The notes under the pieces were generated by a model. The model did no database searches. It saw only the letters and a program-made list of their open reading frames with translations, and was not told the DNA's origin. The position numbers and the translations under genes are program-made. Shown here one piece after another: positions 13,658-29,606 of a stretch of DNA of 64,000 bases (position 1 is the stretch's first letter; each line of letters begins with the position of its first letter). The DNA is from Tubulanus polymorphus (Eukaryota; Animalia; Nemertea), in NCBI RefSeq assembly GCF_964204645.1, contig NC_134027.1, positions 7,224,485-7,288,484 on the forward strand, written 5' to 3'.

Positions 13658-16600
13658 ATGGCTACAAGTGTGGTAATGTATTTTACTATATTATTCTCGT
13701 TCGATATCAAATTTAGACTTTTAATTTCGAAATAACAGCCGTTTTAAAGCTTTTTCAAATTAAGGCAAGTTGAAAAAAGTGCTGCCACCTAGCGGTTTTA
13801 GGGGGTTAATTATTACTGTTAATTTAATTGGTAATGCTACAACACATTTATCAGTATGCTCTGAAAATCTGTTAGTCCGGTCACAAACACGTCCTCTGCC
13901 CAGATTTTTCCTGAGACCGAGTCTCAACTTCCATTCCAGTTTCTACCATTGGCATTATTAATTGATTAATTTTCTTTTCACTCGATCTCAGGGCGATCCA
14001 ACATTAGAGCGGCATTTCAAAGGCCACCGTGATACTATCACCAGCTTGGACTTCAGTCCGACTATGAAGCAACTTGGTAAGAACGATATGTCAGTCATTT
14101 TGTGACATTTCTTTTTTATTTCAATCACACTTTTTTCATTATCCGCTGTATAGCTTCTGGATCAATGGACTCAACGTTAATGGTGTGGAATTTCAAGCCG
14201 CAAATGAGGGCCTATCGATTTGTTGGCCACAAGGTAAAACCTTTACTTTGGCCGCCTCAAAATACAATACAAGACAAGTGAAATGTTATACCGATAGTTG
14301 AATTGAAAAGTACTTTTATTGATAGCTTTTTCTAGTCAGAATTAACCTAAAATCTATCATGAAAATGTTCCTCTAAATTTGATTTTTTTATAGGACGCTG
14401 TTATGTCAGTTTGTTTCTCTCCATCTGGTCACCTGATAGCTTCTTCATCTCGTGATAAAACCGTTCGATTATGGGTTCCCAGCGTGTAAGTTTAATTTCA
14501 ATTAGTATTATACATTAATCTTAATCAATTGATTAATCTAACCTATTGACTTAATTACAGGAAAGGAGAGTCAACCGTGTATAAAGCTCATACCGCTACT
14601 GTACGCAGCGTAGACTTTTCAAGCGACGGACAGTATCTATGTACGGCTTCCGATGATAAAACGGTGAAGGTTTGGACGGTGCATCGTCAGAAGTTTCTAT
14701 TTTCATTAACGCAGCACATGAACTGGGTGCGATGCGCTAAATTCTCGCCTGACGGAAGATTGATCGTCTCCGGTAGCGATGACAAAACGGTGAAATTGTG
14801 GGATCGACAAAGCAAAGATTGCGTTCATACGTTTTTTGAACACGGAGGGTAAGTCGTAGATCAATTTAGTAAATTTCATAGATAGTGTTTTTGAGTTTGT
14901 ATCGATGATAGTTCGATTGTAGTTTCGTAAACGAAGTTGCATTCCATCCGAGCGGCACGTGTATAGCTGCAGCCAGTACTGATTCAACGGTGAAAGTTTG
15001 GGACGTTAGAATGAACAAGTTACTCCAACATTACACAGGTATGCAGTTGAGATGATCATAGTTATAGAAAAATCTATCTCAAATCAATTTTTCACAGCTG
15101 TGAATTTGGATTTTACATGAATTATTTCAGTGCACTCGGCTCCAGTAAATAGTCTTTCATTCCACGCAAGTGGGAACTATTTGATATCTTCATCCGATGA
15201 TTCCACGTTGAAGATTTTAGATTTGTTAGAGGGTCGTTTATTCTACACTTTACACGGTCACCAGGTACGATTATTTGAATGCTTTTGATTATAAAAATTT
15301 ACTGTTTTTAGGGCTTACTTTCTTAATGTCTCCATGTCCCATGAACTGCTAAGCACGAAACAAGTTGTTTGATAGTGTAAATGATGAAAAACATTGCGTA
15401 CTGTGATGGTTGCCTCGTTTTGGCTAAGTCACCTGAATTATTTTGATGATTCTGCAGTGGCCATCTGATACACTTCCTTCGTTTCATTTGGAGATGTGTT
15501 CATGACCAAGTTACAAATTTACTACTTTCTTTTTTGTCCTGGGGATCGAGAATTGGGGGAAGGCCTGTCAGGTTTTAAGCGTTAGTTGTATGATATGCCA
15601 TTTGATGATTTTTGACTAGTATCCCTGTCACTTGACCAATACGCTTCTTGTAGAAATTTGAATATCAGATCCGGGAATTTGATATCTCGATCAGGAAATT
15701 TGGGATGAAAAAATGTGCGGGAACCCAGATTTTTATTCTATTTAACGTTTTATCTGTCTTGTGTTTAAGGGGCCTGTGACGTCTATTGCATTCTCGCGGA
15801 CTGGTGAATATTTTGCATCAGGTGGTTCGGATGAACAGGTCAGTGAGTCTAAAACGCCAAATGACTCCAGGTTGAGAACTAGAGCATGAATTGTGATTAT
15901 TTACTTTCAGGTTTTAGTTTGGAAGACGAATTTTGATCAACAAGAATATAACGAGGTTTTGCAAATGCACCAGGCTCGTAGTCAAAACGAAGCAATTCCA
16001 ACAATACGCGATATTCCTCCGAGATCTAAATCCCCTCACAAGTCTCCAAGTGGACGTTCTCCTCAGGTAAAATCACTTATTGATAAATACTCCACTGATT
16101 AGTTCCAGGGGTTCCATTTCATTTGTGTTGTTTTTACCAAGTGGGCATGACCCTGGACCCCTAGATCCAGTTCCAAAGTTGTGAGCTAAGATTTGACTCG
16201 CAACTTTAAAACTGTACCCCTAGTTTAATTCAAAATATATTCATGTCATCATCCATCATTTGGAGAAATCGCAACTTAGATTTATGTGGGGCCTTTGACT
16301 TATTTACAGCCAGGTCGTCCTGCGCTTAAAAATATGGCTGATGTTCAACCTTCTGTCACTGATGTTGGCCCTGCTTTATTTTCACACCCAATGGTGAGTT
16401 CATTTAATGGTTTCGGTGCCGGCTCTTAATCTATCCATTCAATCTAGGCTAAACAAAAATGATACCTTGTTTCTCCGCAGCGGCCGGGTCATTTTTGTAA
16501 AATATGATAGAAATTTATAAACAGTTCATTTCTATAGCGGCCAGGTCTGTTATGGTAAAATTGATCATGATTTAAAAAAAAGTAATGTATAGGGTAGATA

Positions 16601-17454
16601 GGCGGCCGGCCGGGTCAACATTTAAGCTCAGCCGAGCGGAGAAACAAGGTATCAATTTTTTTTAGCCCTAACCTTGATTTTACCTTACAGATCTTTTTCT
16701 AACCTTTGGACAAGAATGGGGGTTTTAGTCCAGTCATGATTTTAGGCTTTAGAACTTGAATTATGTCTGCGCAGCAGGGCCCAAAAATTGTTTTTTTCAA
16801 TTGAATATTATCGAGTGTCTAGTTGTGTGGATGATGATGTTAATGCATTTCGGTGATGGTTGCCTCGTTTTGGCGATAGTCACCTGATCTTGATTGATGA
16901 ATCAGCAGTGGCCATCTGACACGCACACACACGTATATACAGGACAGATTGAGATTTCTTACCGATATAGATGCAGAAATTTAAGAAAATCATTCAGTTT
17001 CTGTTATTATTCACTTTACATAGCCACATAGTACGTTGATGAATGATGATCGTCAAGAATCAATGAATATGTGTTCAGAGAAAGTCTACGGCCGGGAACA
17101 GCAAGCAGCAACCACAGAATTGAAATCCGATGATAACGGATGCCACCAGGCAATGACTCAACCGTTAGAGAAACGAACCATACCACCAGCATTAGCGACT
17201 ACTTTAGAACAACTCGTCGGTCAAATGGATATTCTCACTCAGGTATGTTGATGAAAACTGATGACTTTGTGGTTATAGATTAGATCAACTTTCATTCAAA
17301 GTATGTTGGTATATTTCTTGACTTTGATGTGTGTCTTGTGGCTTTGTAGACAATTTCAATTTTGGAGCAACGCCTGACGCTTACGGAAAACAAGTTGAGG
17401 GAATGTCTTGACAACCAGCAGAAGATAACACTTCAAATCAAACCGACTGTATAG
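13658..17454 (+). CDS. POC1: POC1 centriolar protein (WD40 repeats plus C-terminal Poc1 coiled coil)
   Basis: MATSV|[28 protein letters not shown]; WD40 exons ([59 protein letters not shown]); VLVWKTNFD; C-terminal [13 protein letters not shown]|[23 protein letters not shown]; stop TAG ending 17454. Confidence 0.95.
13781..13797 (-). promoter_or_regulatory. CTCF-type binding motif in POC1 intron 1
   Basis: Minus strand reads AACCGCTAGGTGGCAGC, a close match to the CTCF core CCRSYAGRKGGCRS. Confidence 0.45.
15374..15474 (+). ncRNA. Intronic C/D box snoRNA, SNORD67-like (predicted guide for U6 Cm60), copy 1
   Basis: Terminal stem AGTGTA/TACACT; box C ATGATGA 15381-15387; D' CTGA 15433-15436; C' TGATGA 15444-15449; guide GCAGTGGCCAT followed by box D CTGA 15465-15468. 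The guide is complementary to U6 ATGGCCCCTGC at 10/11 positions, and the 3' end resembles recalled SNORD67 CAGGGGCCATCTGA. Confidence 0.75.
16445..16670. mobile_element. MITE (non-autonomous DNA transposon, possibly PIF/Harbinger-like)
   Basis: TIRs TAGGCTAAACAAAAATGATACCTTGTTTCTCCGC / GCGGAGAAACAAGGTATCAATTTTTTTTAGCCCTA; a second family member lies at 51998-52190. Confidence 0.75.
16824..16925 (+). ncRNA. Intronic C/D box snoRNA, SNORD67-like, copy 2
   Basis: Stem GTGTG/CACGC; box C ATGATGA 16831-16837; internal hairpin GGTGATGGTTGCC..GGCGATAGTCACC ending at D' CTGA; C' TGATGA; guide GCAGTGGCCAT identical to copy 1, followed by CTGA 16916-16919. Confidence 0.75.
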
Positions 17455-18960
17455 ACTCTGTATTCATCTACACATTAGCGTAGACGCTATTGTTTTTGTG
17501 TGAAGACACCTGCTGGATTCAGGTGTCCTTAGATTTCATAGAATTTAGATACAAATTCTCAATTGACTTTTATTAGAGATGATTGATTTGAGTGATTTGG
17601 GTGGAAACTTGCTGAAATTGATTGTGTAGCTTTTTACTTCTAACGATTTCATTTCTCAATAATTTTAGATTTTACAATCCTGAACAAGGTACCGGTATGT
17701 TATATCTGAGATCATCAGTACTGCGTGTACTAATATGAATACTGCATTTATATATAAGAATTAGTTCGTTGTATGTATAGTGATTAGTTTAGTATGAAAA
17801 TACAGAAATTATTCCTCTGGAATATCTTAATGATTTTGATTATAATTATTCAACCAATTGATAACATGTATAAATATAATAAATATCTATTCTTTAAGTT
17901 CATTAGTTCATGTTAAATTCCTTGTGTGAGAGGTCGTGTGGTTCTTATCTTAACAATAAACATACTGGCACTGAAGTACAGACTGGTGAATAATGCCCCT
18001 CGTGCAGGATTTTAACCTACCAATTATTAGTATAGTTTGTAGCTAGTCTCGGTGCTACTTTTTGGGGAAAAAGAATATGTCCCTGATTCGTGCTCTTTGA
18101 CTTGGAAGATCAAATAATCCAAAAAGCCAAACTTCATTTCTGGCCAATTACCAGTTGTCCATACAAGGACATGAGTGAGGTTTATTGGTCCCGTGGAATC
18201 AAAGTAAAGTGCAAACTAGAGTTATACAGTAAACCTCGCGACAAACTGGGACCGGCAAAATTGATCTGAGGTTAGGTAAGCTAATTGTCCGAGGATAGGA
18301 AATACATTAGACTACTGATTATTATAATCCAAGATCTGAAAATCTTGGAGAATAATTAATATTGCTTTAAATTCTTCCTGTGGTATGCGAGTCATCACTA
18401 CCTGCTGCTTTACCCGATAAATAGAGTCGCTTAGCAGAGGAGTTCTTTTAAAAATGGCTTGATAATCGATGTCCAAAGCAGATCAAACTTAGATGGAAAC
18501 CCAAATATTTTTACTTCCGCTACTTGAATGCTCCATGGATGTTTTTCATTATACCCGGTAATTAGTAGCATTCCTTCCTCTGAAGAGACAAACACGAAAC
18601 GCTAACAGAAAATTACGGCTGTATTTTCAATTGCAACATAACTAATATAGTTCTTTTATTCAATTCATAACAAACAAAATACATCACATTTAGCTTCTGG
18701 TAATATATGGCTACATTGCTATTCATCATCTGTTCAGAAAAGTCGATGAGCGAGAAATTCAATTACATTCAGATTTTCAATGTAATAAATAACAAAAAAA
18801 CACATAGTATGCTCAATATCAATAGCTTAACATTTTGCGTAAAAATGATTCATCGAGTTGAGGATCAGAAGAGGCGATCAATAACCGTAATTGATTAATC
18901 GTATTAATCAATAACCATAACGAGTGAGAGACATTTTGAAACTGTCACTTTCCCGGTGAA

Positions 18961-23347
<4,387 letters not shown>

Positions 23348-24086
23348 TGCGACTGAAATATATATCAAGGGGTGATAATTAATTTATCAAACTGAAAAGA
23401 AACGTTCTTTTCATTCATTCATTCTCCACAAATAGGCTAGGATTGCCAATAATAATATGGTGGTGTCCGATGATTCTCTACTACTCATCTAAATACATAT
23501 GATGATTTACCCTTTTTCATTATCTAAGTTTTTGATCTTAATATATAAACCAATAGATTCGTAAACCATTGGATGGGTGGATGGTAAACGATATAGTTTT
23601 CGTAAATGAAATGATTTAAATTTCCCTCTCACGACACCCGGAAGTGAAGCAGACGAAGTGTTTGGCATTCCTCAAAGCCAGGCTCTAGGGTTCGAATCCT
23701 GAATATGTTCTTGAAGGCATCCCTTCACTTTTTAGTAAATAGTCATGGTCCAGTCACTATTCACAATTTCCTCGATCCAGTAATTCACGAATGCATGAGC
23801 CTTTCCACACGTTCAGGATATGAAAAATCTGATGAAGCCAATGCAAATGCTTTACCCTCGGCCTCGATGGCTTTGTGAGGAGCGCTGAAATAATGTGTCA
23901 TCCTTCAACTTTCAATCAAACTAACAAAAAGATACCGGTTATCTTATTCACACCTAGAAAATTTATTATACATATACATTCATTCAGTCTGACTGACTGG
24001 TTCCATGTAAAAACTGATGATACAGAAAATTTGTAAATAATTCATTCAAGTAAAATGCTAATATTAACTTATAGTGATTATGACAT

Positions 24087-25999
24087 CTAATTTTCTTTCA
24101 TAGTTCGGTCGTACATTTCTTTGAGGATTTTGTAGCTGTCCTTAAACTGGGCTTCGTTTCTCTTAGCTGCCTTTTTCCAACTGTAATATGCAAATGAAAG
24201 TACCAATTAGGTTTTTTAAAGTTCATAAAATCTGATGTACTGGTACTTATTTATAAATATACCTTAAACGCACACTTTTCCATCGAGACATATGATTCAA
24301 TAAAAGCTGTTCTGGTGCCGGTACATTTGTCTACCAATGAAAAATTGACATTTTAAGCAAATATTAAGAAAACTGTTATGTAGCCTAGAATTAAGACAAT
24401 TTTATCAAAATACGATCACCTACCTCATAGATATTCAACTCGTCTTTAGACTGAGGCACAGGGGTTGGAATCCTCAGGTCGGAGCCAGATTTTTTCCGCG
24501 GAATTTGATCGGGCATTTTATATATGTTTTTCAGTTTATCAGGATCCTATAACATAACAAAGACTGGTGGTAAAGAGTGAACTAAACAAGGAGTCTTGAA
24601 ACTTTAAGTCTGATTACTGTAAAAAGTAAACAGTCAACCTCAGTTAATCAGTATCACTTGGGACTAAGCTTTTCTGCCAACGGATTAACCGGGGTTGACT
24701 GAATTCATAGAAGAGTTACCTCGTCATCTTCTTCAATAGGTGGCTGAGGAGACAATGAACGAGGTCTTGAACCGAGATTACGATTAAGTGGTTGATTTCT
24801 CATCCAAGCACGACAGATCGGATACAGAGGTGTGTTCTCTTCAAACTGTGCCAAATCAACACTCCGATCGAATAACTTCAGCACATATGTATCTTAAAAT
24901 ACGAAAGATATTGAAATAAAATTAAAATTTTAGTTTTTTTAGGTAACACAACACAGAAAACATGGATGACGCAAACTTACGATGATATTGGCCAGCCTCC
25001 ATCGATGCGTTATCATCTGCTCGTCTTCTGCGTTTTCGAGGAGTTCGGCTTGTTTGTTTACGAGGAGATCCGACCGGTGATGAAACTCCGACATCACTGA
25101 AAACAGAGCACCATCATCAAAACAGAGCAAACTACACATTGATTCTCATGGAAGGTTCGATCAAACTTACATGATACCAGACTCAGTTTCATCCTCTGAT
25201 CCTTGACTGAAAAATGAGCATCATTCCTTGTATTATATTGTTTTGGAATGACCAATGAACGAAGCTGGCTTTAATTTCAAAAAACTTTTGCTATGTATGG
25301 AATTGCCAATGAAGTGGATTGACAGCTGATGTGTTACCCGTATGTCTGGTAGGGGGCACCTTGGACATGCATCTGCTGGCATTTTAGGCTAATGGCCAAA
25401 GCCTACCTGTCATCCTTCTTATCTACAAGTGTCTGTAAAACTCCATCTAACTTGCTCCTTGCACTTGAAACTTCAGCCCCACCTTAAAAAGCAAGGAGGA
25501 TCAAACCATATTAGTAACACCTTAGTAAATGGCCTAATTACTTACTACCATCATAGTTAGTAAACTGTCTGTGGTTTAGTTTCACAATCCGATATTTTGA
25601 TAAGTTTATCTGATTATAAAGTGATTTGCTTGATTAATCAAACTGATTTGACTAATCACTATAAAATGCTCCTTCACTCAGCCATGGATGATTATTAAAG
25701 CGGAATCTAAAATTTTTTTGAAAAGCTGAAATTGAAAATTAAGTAAACAAATGTGTAGAATCCACTTTGGTACATCGATTGACAAATCAGCCTTGAGATA
25801 ATACGCTTATTGGTATTGGTTTGACAACAATAAGACGTCAAACTCCACAGTCGCACAGACCATCAGCATCATCATCAATCAGTCCACAAAAAATTATCCG
25901 GATTCATTTCATCGCAAGTAAAGTCGCAATTAATTAGTTACTGTGAATTATCTTCATTCGAGTAAGATCAAAGTTTTTACCAATATTCTTTTTACTCAT
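24087..25999 (-). CDS. LIN37: Protein lin-37 homolog (MuvB/DREAM subunit)
   Basis: MSKKNIG|[24 protein letters not shown]; signature [35 protein letters not shown] (~24894-24790); C-terminus [30 protein letters not shown]. The start exon is inferred from splice phase. Confidence 0.9.
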
Positions 26000-26200
26000 G
26001 GTTTTATCATTCACTTTCTGTTATTCGGTAAGTTGATGGTTCTTTTAGATTCTTTCAAAGCGCCACAAAAACAAAAAATTCGTGGACATCATCGTCTGGT
26101 GGCGCCCTCGTGTGGAGATGTCATCGAGTTGGTGGCAGCACCATAGGTAGACTGGTTGCCTTTTCTCCGTCTATGGCATAGGGGGCAGCACCTAGCGGTG

Positions 26201-26437
26201 AGGAGAGAATCCCACAATGATAATAAAAAGTTCGAAAATGAAACTTCGAGATAGTAGTTTATTTCAACGTTTCGACTATATCCTAATAGTCATCTTCAGG
26301 AATAATGAGATACTACAGAAATTTTGAGATATATATACAATCCAGAGACAAAGAGACTAATTCAAGTAATCAGAGATGATACAAACTAAAGGAAAATTAA
26401 CGTAGTAATTAACGATTAAATTAATCTACCAATCGTG
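26201..26437 (-). mobile_element. Penelope-like retroelement fragment with minimal hammerhead ribozyme core; 14-bp TSD
   Basis: Direct repeat AGCACCTAGCGGTG at 26187-26200 and 26438-26451. Minus strand 26305-26259 reads TTATTC-CTGAAGA-T-GACTAT-TAGGAT-ATAGTC-GAAA-CGTT-GAAATAA. Confidence 0.7.
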
Positions 26438-26448
26438 AGCACCTAGCG

Positions 26449-27225
26449 GTGGTTAAAAATATCTATATTTCGGTGATCACGGTGCAAGAACACTATATCC
26501 GTGTTGACGCGATGAGGAGAGAATCCCACAATGATAATAAAAAGTCCGAAAATGAAACTTCGAGATAGTAGTTTATTTCAACGTTTCGACTATATCCTAA
26601 AAGTCATCTTCAGGAATATTCCTGATGATGATTGTGGGATTCTCTCCTCATTTCGGTGATAATGTGTTAAATTTAACGGTAACACATCACAATATTTTGC
26701 TGCTGATAGAGGTTTTAGACAAAGTGAAAATTTATCACCTATCCTATTTTCCTTATTCTTAAACGATATTGAAGACTTTTTTGCTACGCGCGGTAAACCA
26801 ACTTTGTCGTATAAGCTTATTGAAAAGCTTAATGTGAATTGTGACCCAGAACTAGGGACTTTTACTTAACTTAATCATTATCCTTTATGCGGATGACACA
26901 GTCATTCTTGCTTTAGATGAGAAATCTCTCCAGTCACATTTAGATACATTATTTTAATATTGCGCCGACAACGGCCTCACGGTGAATGTTGATAAAACTA
27001 AAATATTAGTCTTCGCTCGAAGTAAAAGTGGGATTAAACGAATTTCGAAATTCATGTTGGTAATCAGAAGTTAGAGATAGTTGAGGATTATGTGTATCTC
27101 GGAGTGAAATTCAATTGGAACAGTAGTTTCGCTAAAGCAAAAAAAATGCTCTATGATAAAGCTATGAAAGCTATTCTATTATTCAAAAGGGCAGACGTCT
27201 GAGACTTCCAGTATATTTAATGGGA
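26449..27225 (+). pseudogene. Degenerate non-LTR retrotransposon (CR1/L2-group-like LINE) reverse transcriptase fragment
   Basis: VVKNIYISV (interrupted by the insertion)..CVKFNGNTSQYF..GFRQSENLSPILFSLFLNDIEDF..LYADDTVILA (YADD at 26886-26897)..YCADNGLTVNVDKTKILVF..LEIVEDYVYLGVKF, with stops and frameshifts. Confidence 0.85.
26478..26649 (-). mobile_element. Second copy of the hammerhead-bearing element, with inverted terminal segment, inserted into a LINE relic
   Basis: 11-bp direct repeat ATTTCGGTGAT at 26467-26477 and 26650-26660. Segment 26513-26618 is near-identical to 26199-26304. GAGGAGAGAATCCCACAAT recurs inverted at the right end. Confidence 0.7.
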
Positions 27226-28131
27226 TATGAAAACCTATTAACAACAAATCATGTTGATTTTAATTACTAATTCAACGAGTTAACTGAATAACCAAGAGGG
27301 AAGGGAGTCTCTGTCTTGACCCAAACTACGGGAAACCTATCAACGAAATGAGAAACAACGAGGAGGATAACCACAGGCTCGAAGGAGCCTACCACAGATC
27401 CTTCACAATTGATGATGATGATGATGACGATGACGATGAATTAGTGTTTGGGATCAAAACCAAACGGGGACTTTGCAAGGCTTGAATCTCAATCAACTCT
27501 AGAGGAAAACTTTTGTGACTTGTTTTTTTTTCTGATTTGAAATTGGGTCTTATCTTTTACATGAACGTGGATTTTGAAACAGTCATCTTGTCAGAAATGA
27601 AATATTATCTGGCACTGCTTGCTCCCTGGTAGTCTGATGTCCTAGGTTCGATTATCTCAACAGACACTCAGCACACATGAAGCAAGAATTTTCAGCAATA
27701 AATTTCTTGATGACAGACAAATTTTCCAAATAGAATCTGCATAATAAATTACCCAAAACAAAAAGTATTTATAAGACAAATACTAATTAAACGCGACACA
27801 CAATTTTATTATCCAAGACCAGCAGGCAATGTTTCAATTTCTATTTCATTCAAAAACAAATTCAATGACTCCAACAGTTGAGTAACTTTATCAAAATAAA
27901 AGTTCTGATTTCTATTATACAAAAAACTGAGATGGCTAATTCTACATATGGAATACATCTACAAGTGGTTCTTGAAGGGGTAAAAAAGTTTTGAGGTCAC
28001 GCCATTTAATATGGTATATAAAAAATTATTAAACAGTATAAAATAGCTGAATCACCAATGTAAAATGAATCCACAAAAGAACTAATCAAATAAAATATAC
28101 TGCATTTTTGCCAATCTTATTTATGTTTTTG

Positions 28132-28315
28132 CAGGCGCTTTGGAAGCAATTTTTGATTGCTGCGGCCAAATACCGATTTTGGACAGGTTCTAAATATTGC
28201 CGCGGCGAATTCACTTAATTTCTTCAAAAACGTGGTATTCAAAGAAAAAAACGTCATTCAGTAAATTATTTCCGCAGCTTTTACCGCTGCAGTCGCTGCA
28301 CTTCCAACGCCACTG
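28132..28315. mobile_element. Degenerate hAT-like MITE
   Basis: Right end CTTCCAACGCCACTG is the inverse of a degenerate left end CAGGCGCTTTGGAAG. Confidence 0.4.
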
Positions 28316-29477
28316 TTTTGTTTAGAGTTTGATGATATACACAGAATAGTTCATGTGCAAAGCACTCAAAATGAATTTGGTTAGAAGTCCTATATCCCAG
28401 CGGCAAAATCTACCAATTGTGTGTCCGCCCTTTCATATAAAATTATCACTGTATCATATATTGATTTGATTATTGATTGGCGATTCATTTAAAAAAATCA
28501 TAATATATATGTATAGCCTATATATGTAACAAATCAGTATCATTTATGTATTCGGGCATTACTAAAAACCATAATTGCAATAAAATTACTACTTTAAATA
28601 ATACATAATTGATCATAAGATAATATTAATAATTATAATCTGTAAGGATTAAAATAATAAATAACATAAATATGGTTAACATAATGGAATTGTGTACAAG
28701 GATACAAGACCGGTCAAAACGTTGCCAAATAAAATCATTTTACCCTAAAGATTCTTCAAAAGTGGTGGCTATTCCTTCGAATGACATTTCTGAATGGTTT
28801 TACATACCAATGGTATTTTTTGCAAAATAACTGAAGTCAAAACGTCTGAAGTTGAGAAAAAATGAAGGGCAACATTTTCACCATTTTTAACGAGAATGTA
28901 ATGAACTTGAAATCTTTCAAGTGGAAAAGTATCTAAATCAAAGAAAATGTACACATCTGCGGGAACAGGAAAGCGTACAGCTCTACATTCATACATACAT
29001 ACATGCAATCGCACCCATACGTGCTGTAAAACTGATGTAATTTTATTACAATACATTCATGACACGATTCACGAGTGAGACACTCGGTGATAATAATAAT
29101 AATTAATAATGGATAATAATAAACATTCATGATCATCAAATATTCATTGTTTACAAAATTTACATCTTACTCTATACGTATTAAGCTAAGCTATTTAATT
29201 TCCCTAATACAGTATACATAAAAATATATAACTTGAGGTTAATACAACTAGCTCCTATAATATACATGTACATAATTATTGATGACTGTTAACATACACT
29301 GTGGTTTTATAGCTTTTTAGTGCAGGCGAGAATAGAAAGGTAAATATACAACTGACAGCTAATTTTTCATTTCAAGATTATATGTACAGAGGTATCATAA
29401 TTACAAGATGCTAAGTGCAAAATGAGTAATTCAGGCTCTGGGTAAGTATGCAATTGCTAGCAGGATTCTTAAAGATC

Positions 29478-29606
29478 AGGGCCGGTTGCTCAAAAGTTGG
29501 TTAGAGTTAACCAGTGGATAGTTGATATGGTGACAATTGAGATTTTATTGTTACTATGGTATTTAACGGCCGGTTATCTTTAACCAACTTTTGAGCAACT
29601 GGCCCT
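29478..29606. mobile_element. Short palindromic MITE
   Basis: AGGGCCGGTTGCTCAAAAGTTGGTTAGAGTTAACC / GGTTATCTTTAACCAACTTTTGAGCAACTGGCCCT; the internal TTATTGTTACTATGGT recurs at ~39601. A related degenerate palindrome lies at ~29784-29883. Confidence 0.75.

Noticed and set aside
15410-15428. TTTTGGCTAAG similarity to the U2 snRNA 5' end
   Set aside because: Same-sense short match, absent from the paralogous copy; no U2 body or Sm site.
23660-23705. GGTTCGAATCC B-box suggesting a tRNA gene
   Set aside because: No cloverleaf, acceptor stem or A-box could be built; at most a Pol III or SINE relic.
26199-26660. CRISPR-like repeat-spacer arrangement
   Set aside because: Eukaryotic context, only two long repeats, and explained by TSD-flanked insertions.
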